This document shows, piece after piece, positions 8,791 through 16,387 of a stretch of DNA of 18,847 bases; position 1 is the stretch's first letter; the number at the start of each line of letters is the position of its first letter. A model generated the notes under the pieces. The model was not told where the DNA came from, made no database searches, and was given only the letters and a program-made list of their open reading frames with translations. The stretch is from Candidatus Micrarchaeota archaeon (GTDB taxonomy: Archaea; Micrarchaeota; Micrarchaeia; Anstonellales; Anstonellaceae): assembly GCA_013331805.1 (NCBI GenBank), contig DUFS01000082.1, positions 1-18,847 of the forward strand. Direction: 5' to 3'. A program made the position numbers and the translations under genes.

Positions 8791-10434
8791 ATGGTTACTT
8801 CGACGGAAAAGATATTCACGGAGTTCAAGGAGCACTCAGTCGCGGAATTCTTCAAGAAGAACCAGCAGATGCTAGGCTTTTCGGGCAAAACCCGCTCGCT
8901 GACCACCATTGTGCACGAGTATGTCACCAACTCCCTCGACGCCTGCGAGGAGGCGAGCCTGCTTCCCGAGGTCACAATTGCAATAACCGAGCTGGACAAG
9001 GACACAGGCAAATACCGCGTGGTTGCAGAGGACAACGGCCCTGGCATTCCTGAAAAGCACATCGGAAAAGCGCTCGGCATGATGCTTGCAGGGACCAAGT
9101 TCCACCGCTACGCGCAGCAGCGCGGGCAGCAGGGCATCGGCGCCTCTGGCTGCACCATGTATGCGCAGATAACCACCGGAAAGCCTGTCAAGGTGGTCAG
9201 CCGCTATGACACCAAGAGGATAACCTGCGAGCTTTCCATTGACCTGAAGTCCAACTCGCCGAAAATCATGAACGCAGTCAAGGAGGACGGCAATTTCGGG
9301 AACGGCATACGGGTGGAGGCCGAAGTGGGGGACGTGAAGTTCGACAAGTCATCTTTTGGCGTTTACGAATATATCAGGAGGACAGCGCTTGCCAATCCCC
9401 ACCTTTCCATCACGCTCATAGATCCAGAAGGGCAGAAATCCTCATTTCCCCGCTCTTCGGACAGCGTGCCTGAAAAGCCAATGATGGTCCAGCCGCACCC
9501 CATGGGGCTTTCCACAAACGACCTCATAGACTTTGCCCACAGGGAAAAGGAATGCAGGCGGGTCTCCTCCTTCCTGCAGGAAAGGTTCGCCAGGGTCTCG
9601 GCGGCAAAGGTGGACGAGCTGCGAGCGCTGGTCCCTGACCTGGATTTTGACAAAAAGCCATCCGACCTGCAGTGGCACGAGGCTGAAAAGCTCGTAAAGG
9701 CCATACAAAACCCGCAGGTCAAGTGGATCGCGCCCACCACAGATTCAGTCAAGCCCATAGGAAAGGAGCAGATTGAAAAGTCGCTTCGGAACATCCTTGC
9801 GCCCGAATTTGTGGTGGTCACCGAGCGCTCGCCCAAGATATTCAAGGGGGGCATACCCTTCATGGTGGAGGCTGCGCTTGCCTACGGAGGAGGAGCCGGC
9901 AGGGCAAACGGCAGCATGACAGGCAGCGAAGTCATCCGCTATGCGAACAGGGCGCCCCTGCTCTTTGACAATTCCGGCTGCGCAATCACAGAGGCGGTGA
10001 AGGAAATCGACTGGAAGCGCTACAAGCTGAAAAATTTCGAGGAAGAGCCAATCAGCGTATTCGTGAACATTTCAAGCGTCTATGTCCCATACACCTCCGC
10101 CGGAAAGCAGGCGATTTCCAACGAGGATGAGATATTGCAGGAGATAAAAAACGCCATAATGGAGGCGGCCCGCGACCTGCAGCGCTACCTTTCGGGCGTC
10201 AACCGCGACCACGACCGCAAGGAGAGGAAAAAGGCGATACTCCGCTACGTGCAGCAGCTTTCCAAGGACCTGCCCGAGCTTGCTGGCAAGGGAAAATCAG
10301 CGGAAATTGAGAAAATGCTGGTGCACCTGATTGAAACAAAATACTCCGGCCAGATTGAGAATGGCGAGGACGAGGAGGAAAGCACAAACGGCAAGAATGG
10401 GAAAGTGGAAGAGGAGGAGGACATTGACGAATAG
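8791..10434 (+). CDS. top6B: DNA topoisomerase VI subunit B
   Basis: SVAEFFKKN, GHKL motifs EYVTNSLDA, EDNGPGI and RGQQGIGASG, RYANRAPLL, VPYTSAGKQAI, and an acidic C-terminal tail. Confidence 0.97.
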   Translation: MVTSTEKIFTEFKEHSVAEFFKKNQQMLGFSGKTRSLTTIVHEYVTNSLDACEEASLLPEVTIAITELDKDTGKYRVVAEDNGPGIPEKHIGKALGMMLAGTKFHRYAQQRGQQGIGASGCTMYAQITTGKPVKVVSRYDTKRITCELSIDLKSNSPKIMNAVKEDGNFGNGIRVEAEVGDVKFDKSSFGVYEYIRRTALANPHLSITLIDPEGQKSSFPRSSDSVPEKPMMVQPHPMGLSTNDLIDFAHREKECRRVSSFLQERFARVSAAKVDELRALVPDLDFDKKPSDLQWHEAEKLVKAIQNPQVKWIAPTTDSVKPIGKEQIEKSLRNILAPEFVVVTERSPKIFKGGIPFMVEAALAYGGGAGRANGSMTGSEVIRYANRAPLLFDNSGCAITEAVKEIDWKRYKLKNFEEEPISVFVNISSVYVPYTSAGKQAISNEDEILQEIKNAIMEAARDLQRYLSGVNRDHDRKERKKAILRYVQQLSKDLPELAGKGKSAEIEKMLVHLIETKYSGQIENGEDEEESTNGKNGKVEEEEDIDE

Positions 10435-10514
10435 ACGGATGGATGGCGAGTAAAACGAACGGGAAAAAATTTGAAGAGGAAATAGACGAGTAATTCGATT
10501 GCACTGTGATATTC

Positions 10515-11639
10515 ATGGTTCCAACGAAAAAGGAAGGCAGGGCAAAGGACGAGGAGGTAATCAAGAAGCTCGAGGGGCTTGGGCAGGACATGCTCGAGCA
10601 GATCAAGGCGAAAAGCACCCCGACCTTCACCACCGCGCTTCGGAGCAAGGGCAACATAATTTACGACCAGGGGATCGGCTACATACGCTTAGGCGACAAG
10701 ACAGAGGAGCGCAGGTTCGTGAACGTGGGGCAGGCAAGGAAGTTCATGCAGACCGTCGCAATTGCCTCCAAGTGCAAGAAGTTCCTCAATGAAGACGCGC
10801 ACACCTCGATCAGGGGATTGTTCTACCAGCTAAAGTTCTCGCTTGGGGAGAATCTTGACGAGGAGCTTTTTTCCGAGCAATCCGAATCCAACCCTCTTGT
10901 GGAGGACCTGGAGGTTGCGCTGAACGTCAAGCGCGAGGACCTGAACCTGAACACCGACCGGAAAGGCGTGGTGGCAGGCCCGCTAGTGCTCCGCGACAAG
11001 TTCGGAGGCACAGAAGACGAGATAGACTGCACCAGGCAGGGCAGGAGCGGCTGGATGATCCCCTCGGACGTTGACAATGGGATGGAATTCAAGAGCGTGG
11101 ATGCGGATTACGTTCTCGTAGTGGAAAAGGACGCGATGTGGCAGAGGCTGAACGAGGACAAGTACTGGAAAAAGGAGAACTGCATACTCATTACCCCGAA
11201 AGGGCAGGCTTCGCGCGGCTGCAGAAGGCTCATCAGGAAGCTTGCGAGCAAGAAACTTCCAGTCTACGTGTTCACCGATTGCGACGCATGGGGCTGGTAC
11301 ATCTACTGGGCGATAAAGACCGGCAGCATGAACCTTGCCTATCTTGGCCAGGACATAGCGACCCCGGAAGCGAGATTCGTCGGAGTCACCATGAGGGACA
11401 TAAAGGACTATGACTTCCTGGCGCAGCTCACCATAAAGGCAAAGGAAGTGGACATCAAGCGCGCAGAGGAAATGCTTTCCTACGAGTGGATCTTGCACCA
11501 CAAGGACTGGGTGGAAGAGCTGAAGACAGTGCTCAAGACCAAGAGAAAGCTCGAGCAGGACGCGCTGCAGGGGCCGCGCCTCTCGTTCGTGGGCGACTAT
11601 CTGAAGGAAAAGATAGCCAAGAAGAAATTCCTGGCTTAA
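10515..11639 (+). CDS. top6A: DNA topoisomerase VI subunit A (Spo11 homolog)
   Basis: IRGLFY (catalytic Tyr), EQSESN, and TOPRIM motifs VVEKDA and FTDCDAWG. The start is ATG 10515 or GTG 10506. Confidence 0.97.
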   Translation: MVPTKKEGRAKDEEVIKKLEGLGQDMLEQIKAKSTPTFTTALRSKGNIIYDQGIGYIRLGDKTEERRFVNVGQARKFMQTVAIASKCKKFLNEDAHTSIRGLFYQLKFSLGENLDEELFSEQSESNPLVEDLEVALNVKREDLNLNTDRKGVVAGPLVLRDKFGGTEDEIDCTRQGRSGWMIPSDVDNGMEFKSVDADYVLVVEKDAMWQRLNEDKYWKKENCILITPKGQASRGCRRLIRKLASKKLPVYVFTDCDAWGWYIYWAIKTGSMNLAYLGQDIATPEARFVGVTMRDIKDYDFLAQLTIKAKEVDIKRAEEMLSYEWILHHKDWVEELKTVLKTKRKLEQDALQGPRLSFVGDYLKEKIAKKKFLA

Positions 11640-11701
11640 TCCGCGCCAAATCCGAACCCTTTTTATGATGATGCCTATTTAGATGCCTTTGGTGATAGGT
11701 C

Positions 11702-12148
11702 ATGACGCAGGAAATCAGGCACCTTCCAAGGTTCTTATCACTCTACCCGAAAAAAGCGCGTACATTGAAAACCAAATTTATCCCTTACCTCTCCATTTCA
11801 GCCTTGAAGGAAAAGGAAGGCAAATCAAAAGAAATATTCAAGCAGGTTGAAGGAAAATTTATTAGATGGGGCATGTTCAAGCGGCCTGTTTTCGTTTCTG
11901 AAAAGCCAATTGTGGACGGAAAAAACGTGCTGCCAACTGGGAAGGAATTCATAGTCGCCTGGGCGGGCAACGTGACTGAAAGCGGAGAATACGCCCCCCA
12001 AAGGATGCTGAAAGGATTGCTGGGAAATGACAAATTCACCCACTACCATGTCATATACAGCAGCGAAGAAAACAACCGGTCGCCTTCCCTCACAAGCGTC
12101 TTCCTGCCAAGGAAGCTTCTCGAGGATCACGTCCCCCGCAAGGATTAG
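11702..12148 (+). CDS. Hypothetical protein, 148 aa, basic
   Basis: ATG preceded by a GGTGAT RBS. It fills the gap between top6A and the convergent ncsA gene, and the stop codons overlap at 12145-12148. No family recognised. Confidence 0.6.
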   Translation: MTQEIRHLPRFLSLYPKKARTLKTKFIPYLSISALKEKEGKSKEIFKQVEGKFIRWGMFKRPVFVSEKPIVDGKNVLPTGKEFIVAWAGNVTESGEYAPQRMLKGLLGNDKFTHYHVIYSSEENNRSPSLTSVFLPRKLLEDHVPRKD

Positions 12149-13086
12149 CTTCTTTCCAGCATGGTGCACAGGCTGCATACTTCTCTTGAGCAGGGCTCCC
12201 CGCAGGATTTGCAGCGCAGGATCTTTTCCTTTCCCCTCCTCATCCGCACCCCGTCCTGCATCAGCTTCTGCTGCGCAAGGAAGGCGCGGACAATGCGAAG
12301 CTTGGTGGCGGGGTACTTTTCCTCTGCCTTGTTGAGCATTTCCCGGACATACTGCCTGAAAGCGTGCCTGGCATAGGGGCATTCTGAAAATTCAATTTCA
12401 ATCCCCTTCATGATCGCATAAGCTGCAATGTCCCGCTCAGGGGTAAGGAACAGCGGCTTTATTCTTGTGATGAAAAGCTCGTCCTCAATAGCGCCCGAAA
12501 GCGGGCCGAACCTGCCAAGCCGCTCAGGCTCGTTCCTCATGAGGTTCATCATCACGGTCTGGGCAACGTCGTCCGAATTGTGCCCGATCGCAATCTTGTC
12601 AGCCTTCATTTTCCGCGCGAACTTGTTCAGAAGGTAGCGGCGCATCACTCCGCAAAACGAGCAGGAGCGCTCCACCCCTTTCTTTTTCAGGAGCGAATCA
12701 AGTGTTTTCCCGAATTCCTTGTGGAAACTTATCACTTTCAGCGGCACCTTGAGCATGCGGCATTCCCTTTTCGCAACATGAAGCGTGCGGCACCTGTATC
12801 CCGCTATGCCCTCGTCAATGGTTATTGCGAACAGCTTTATGGGAAGGGACTTGGAAATCCCGTGGAGCATGTGCAGCATCACGCAGGAGTCCTTGCCGCC
12901 CGAAAGAGCCACAGCTATTTTTTCCCCTTTCCGAAGCATCCGGTACTCGCGCGCAGTCCTTTTCACGCGGGACTCGAACATTTCGGTAAAATGCGACTGG
13001 CACAAATCCTGTTGCATGTAGTTTAGTGAAATGGCAGCAGGCTTGCCGCACTTGAAGCATTTTGAAGAAGCAGCCAGCTTAGCCAC
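12145..13086 (-). CDS. ncsA: tRNA 2-thiolation protein, NcsA/TtuA/Ctu1 family
   Basis: N-terminal CxxC...C..H Zn finger, PP-loop SGGKDS, CSFC, GHNSDD, ECPY and C-terminal CKSC...CSLC. The GTG start overlaps the sulfur-carrier gene by 8 nt. Confidence 0.92.
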   Translation of the reverse strand: MAKLAASSKCFKCGKPAAISLNYMQQDLCQSHFTEMFESRVKRTAREYRMLRKGEKIAVALSGGKDSCVMLHMLHGISKSLPIKLFAITIDEGIAGYRCRTLHVAKRECRMLKVPLKVISFHKEFGKTLDSLLKKKGVERSCSFCGVMRRYLLNKFARKMKADKIAIGHNSDDVAQTVMMNLMRNEPERLGRFGPLSGAIEDELFITRIKPLFLTPERDIAAYAIMKGIEIEFSECPYARHAFRQYVREMLNKAEEKYPATKLRIVRAFLAQQKLMQDGVRMRRGKEKILRCKSCGEPCSREVCSLCTMLERS

Positions 13087-13267
13087 CGAAAATCACCCTC
13101 ATCACTCTCACTGAATCTTTCGGCGAGATCCTCTTTCCGCCTGGGGCGAGCTTCCCATTCACCTTCACAAGCGTCTCTTCGGGATTCAGCTTGAGCGCGC
13201 CAAGCAGGTCTGCCACTGTGCTTGCGCTCCTGATTCGCACTTTCCTGCCATCCACGGTTATTTCCAT
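13079..13267 (-). CDS. Ubiquitin-like sulfur carrier (ThiS/MoaD/SAMP2 type)
   Basis: Start at ATG 13267, giving 62 aa: MEITVDG...TVADLLGALKL...VKVNG...RVIFGG with a C-terminal diglycine. It is coupled to ncsA. Confidence 0.92.
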   Translation of the reverse strand: MEITVDGRKVRIRSASTVADLLGALKLNPEETLVKVNGKLAPGGKRISPKDSVRVMRVIFGG

Positions 13268-13273
13268 TGCCAC

Positions 13274-13380
13274 CAACAACCCTCGCCCGAAGCCCCTGCC
13301 TGAAGGCAGGGGTAAAGGCGTTTCCGTTCCCAAGCACCAGCATCATAGCAAGCCCACGCCTTTAGGCGCGGGTTGTTGAC
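13274..13380 (+). mobile_element. Non-autonomous IS200/IS605-family miniature element (PATE/MITE-like), about 107 bp
   Basis: Two subterminal hairpins: GAAG-CCCCTGCC-tgaa-GGCAGGGG (13289-13312) and CAAG-CCCACGCC-ttta-GGCGCGGG-TTGTTGAC (13349-13380). Both match the typical IS200/IS605 end architecture. No transposase or TnpB/IscB ORF is present. Confidence 0.72.
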
Positions 13381-13397
13381 AAAGCCAAAATGGGCAC

Positions 13398-13416
13398 AAA
13401 TATAATTAAATACAAT
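13398..13416. promoter_or_regulatory. AT-rich divergent promoter region (TATA-like on both strands)
   Basis: AAATATAATTAAATACAAT lies between the divergent SAMP/ncsA and transglutaminase units. Confidence 0.5.
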
Positions 13417-13434
13417 CCACACTGAAAGGAAACC

Positions 13435-15567
13435 ATGGAAATGAAGAAAGCGGCTTTCCTCTTACTATTGGCTTTTTTCCCCGTGGTCTTTGCCCAAGGC
13501 ATTGAAAGCCCCCAGCTGGTGAAGTCGGCAAGCGTGACCATAGATGAGAACGGAACCGTTTCCGTTCTTGGCGCGGATGTGCGGACGCTCGACATCAACC
13601 TTTCCATTCCCCTGTCGAGCAGCTACCAGGAAGTCAAAACCTATGATCAGGCAAGGCAGGGCCCAGAAGGCAACCAGTACATCAGGATTTACGTTGAAAA
13701 CCCCCCAAATCCGTTCAAGTATTCCAAGGAAATATATGTGGAGACCTACTCCAGGTCAACCCCGGCGCTTCCAGCTTCCTACATCGTGCCGTCCCAATAC
13801 TCAAAATACGTTGAGGCGACCAGCCGCACGCAGTCCGACGACCCCGAGATACGGGCTCTAGCCCTCAAGATCACTGAAAACTCCACCACTCCGTTTGAGC
13901 GCGTGGCAAGGCTTGCGATTTTCGTGAACAGGCACATGACCTACAATGAAAACCTCGTGGGCCAGGAGTACGACGCCGTATGGGCACTTCGGAACAAGCA
14001 GGGCGTGTGCGTCGAATATTCCACCCTGTTCGCAGCACTTGCCAGGTCCATAGGAATACCTGCCAGGTACGTGAACGGATACGTCTACAGCGACAGGTAC
14101 TCGGGCTGGCTGGGGCACGCCTGGGCGGAGGCTTATGTGGGGGAGTGGGTTCCGGTTGACCCCACCTGGTTCGAGGTCGGCTCATTGGACGCCCTGCACA
14201 TCGAGGCAGGCAAGTTCAGCGAGCTTTCGCGCGAGCCCTCCCTGCTTGCAACCATTTCAAATCCGGGCGCAGAGGTGGTCTGGGACACGACCGGGAAGAG
14301 CGGAGCTTTTGCAAACAACATATTTATGCAGGAGTATGAATCATTTGCAGCTGACTCTGATTACGTTCTGAAGGCAGTGGAAACCGACCTTGCGCCAGGC
14401 GAATCCACGCTTGCCTACGCGGTTCTGAACGGCAAGGACTACCGCGTTGTGCCCCTGGTTCTCGCAGGCTGCACAGGGGGCGAATCAGTAAGCGTAAGCG
14501 GAGGCGAGCAGTATGCAATCCTGGAGCCTGGGAAAAAAACCATAGTGGTCTGGGAGCTTTACGCATCCTATGACGTCCCCAAGAATTATGTTTTCACCTG
14601 CCCCCTTACACTCAATTCGCCCATGCTGGAAACCAAAAGACTGGACGTCAGGGTGGACCCGAGGATTTCCAAGCTGCCCACCCTGCAGGCAACCCTGGAA
14701 AAGCTCAGCCTCTTGCCAGGCGAACGAAACAGCGCGCTTTTCGCGTTGCCCGCCTCCAGGCAGAACAAGAACTATTACGTAATCACCCCTGATGAAGTAT
14801 TCCAGGGCAGGATATCCTCTTCTTCGGGCAATGTGCAGTTCCAGTCCAGCCTTCCCGGAGCTGTCCCTCTGTATGCGGCAGCGCAGGGCGGCGGTTTTGT
14901 AAGGCTGGAGTACATTTCAGGCAGCAACAGCTCGCTTGCAATAGACTCGTTTTTCATGCCCCAATCATTGGTGAAAGGCAAGCAGGCAATGGCAACAGCC
15001 AGGGTCTCCTCGAAAACCTACCCTACCGATGTCCAGGTGGAGTTTTCATTCGGCGGGCACATTGAGAAAAAGTCTGGCAGGATCATCGGGCCTACTGATT
15101 TTGACTTTGAATTTATTCCCAATGAGCCAATGCTGGCGCAGCAGGCCACTGTTCGCCTTTACGGTCCTCCGGGGCTTGCAGACGAGAAAAATGCCGTGGT
15201 AAGCGTTGCCGAGGAGCCCTCAATGTCAATCACTGATGTGAGCGCGGTCAAGTCCACAGGGGGCATTGAGGCAACCATCACAATCGCAATGAGCGGGGGC
15301 ATAGTGAACCCGATCATAAAAATTGGCGGCGGCACCTATGCTGCTCGCGAAACAATGGAGCTTATGCTTCCGGCAGGCACCCACAATGCCGTGCTTCTTT
15401 GGTCGGACTCGGCAGGCAACGTCTATGAAAAAACAGAGGAAGTGAATATCGAAGACCCTGGATTATTGGGCAGCCTGGCAGAAAAGGCAGCAGGCTCGGC
15501 GCCACCCTGCCCGTTCGTTCTCCTATTCCTTTTTGGCACATTGGGATTCGCATTTTACAGGTGTTGA
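13435..15567 (+). CDS. Secreted, C-terminally anchored transglutaminase-like (papain-fold) protein
   Basis: Sec signal peptide MKKAAFLLLLAFFPVVFA; intact Cys-His-Asp triad (GVCVEYS, GHAWAE, VDPTW); beta-rich C-terminal region; terminal hydrophobic segment PPCPFVLLFLFGTLGFAFYRC. Confidence 0.88.
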   Translation: MEMKKAAFLLLLAFFPVVFAQGIESPQLVKSASVTIDENGTVSVLGADVRTLDINLSIPLSSSYQEVKTYDQARQGPEGNQYIRIYVENPPNPFKYSKEIYVETYSRSTPALPASYIVPSQYSKYVEATSRTQSDDPEIRALALKITENSTTPFERVARLAIFVNRHMTYNENLVGQEYDAVWALRNKQGVCVEYSTLFAALARSIGIPARYVNGYVYSDRYSGWLGHAWAEAYVGEWVPVDPTWFEVGSLDALHIEAGKFSELSREPSLLATISNPGAEVVWDTTGKSGAFANNIFMQEYESFAADSDYVLKAVETDLAPGESTLAYAVLNGKDYRVVPLVLAGCTGGESVSVSGGEQYAILEPGKKTIVVWELYASYDVPKNYVFTCPLTLNSPMLETKRLDVRVDPRISKLPTLQATLEKLSLLPGERNSALFALPASRQNKNYYVITPDEVFQGRISSSSGNVQFQSSLPGAVPLYAAAQGGGFVRLEYISGSNSSLAIDSFFMPQSLVKGKQAMATARVSSKTYPTDVQVEFSFGGHIEKKSGRIIGPTDFDFEFIPNEPMLAQQATVRLYGPPGLADEKNAVVSVAEEPSMSITDVSAVKSTGGIEATITIAMSGGIVNPIIKIGGGTYAARETMELMLPAGTHNAVLLWSDSAGNVYEKTEEVNIEDPGLLGSLAEKAAGSAPPCPFVLLFLFGTLGFAFYRC

Positions 15568-15571
15568 GCAT

Positions 15572-16363
15572 ATGGAAATTGTTTTTCTTGGAACAGGAGG
15601 GGGGAGATGGAACCTCATTTCGCAGGCCCGCAGGACAGGCGGATTCCGGATAAACGGGTCTATTGCCATTCATGTGGATCCTGGGCCAGGCGCACTCATT
15701 GCCTGCCATGATTTCCGCCAGGATCCGCGCAAAGTCGGTCTTTTGGTGGTCACGCACAACCACATAGACCACGTGAACGACGCAGGGGTGATCGCAGAGG
15801 CAATGAGCGGATTTGCTCTCGAAAAGAAGGGCTGGCTCATCGGTTCCAGAAGCGTAATTCTTGGGGATGAAAAGGGCGACAGGGGGATTTCCTCCTATCA
15901 CATGGGTGCTCTTGCCCGCGTGATAGTGGCAAAACCAGGAAAAAAAATCTCGATAGCCGTAAATGGAAAAAAAGCATCGCTTACGCCGACCAGGACAAAG
16001 CACGATGACAAAACAGGAATAGGCTTCGTACTTGAGATGGACGGCCAAAGTTTGGGCTATACCTCCGACACCGAATACTTCTATGGGATATCTGATCAGT
16101 ACAGGGGCTGCGATGTTCTAATAGCAAACAACCTCAAGGCAAAAAAGGATGGCGTTCCAGGGCACCTTTTCACTTCACATACCATCCGGCTCTTTCAGGA
16201 AGCACAACCTAAGCTGGGCATTATCACCCACCTTGGAATGCGCCTGATAAGGGCAGGGGCTGAAAAAGAGGCGAAAAAAATCCAGAAGGCTTCAGGCGTC
16301 AGGACCATAGCTGCAAAGGACGGAATGAGAGTGGATTTGGCAGCATTCAAGACAAACGGTTAA
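15572..16363 (+). CDS. MBL-fold metallo-hydrolase
   Basis: Start reassigned to ATG 15572 (MEIVFLGTGGGR) behind AGGTG. Motifs VDPGPG, THNHIDH (HxHxDH), YTSDT and THLG. Confidence 0.9.
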   Translation: MEIVFLGTGGGRWNLISQARRTGGFRINGSIAIHVDPGPGALIACHDFRQDPRKVGLLVVTHNHIDHVNDAGVIAEAMSGFALEKKGWLIGSRSVILGDEKGDRGISSYHMGALARVIVAKPGKKISIAVNGKKASLTPTRTKHDDKTGIGFVLEMDGQSLGYTSDTEYFYGISDQYRGCDVLIANNLKAKKDGVPGHLFTSHTIRLFQEAQPKLGIITHLGMRLIRAGAEKEAKKIQKASGVRTIAAKDGMRVDLAAFKTNG

Positions 16364-16387
16364 AAATAATGTGCTGGCAATCCCCTC

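Noticed and set aside
10432..10493. Amber readthrough extending Top6B into the duplicated tail
   Set aside because: The tail-like peptide is in another frame. In-frame readthrough gives unrelated sequence that ends at another TAG.
13268..13333. 22-aa N-terminal extension of the SAMP/ThiS protein
   Set aside because: It reads through the hairpin element. The ubiquitin-like fold begins at ATG 13267.
13274..13380. tRNA, CRISPR repeat pair or simple terminator interpretation of the hairpins
   Set aside because: No cloverleaf or T-loop, only two non-identical hairpins, no cas genes and no U-tract. It also lies between divergent rather than convergent genes.
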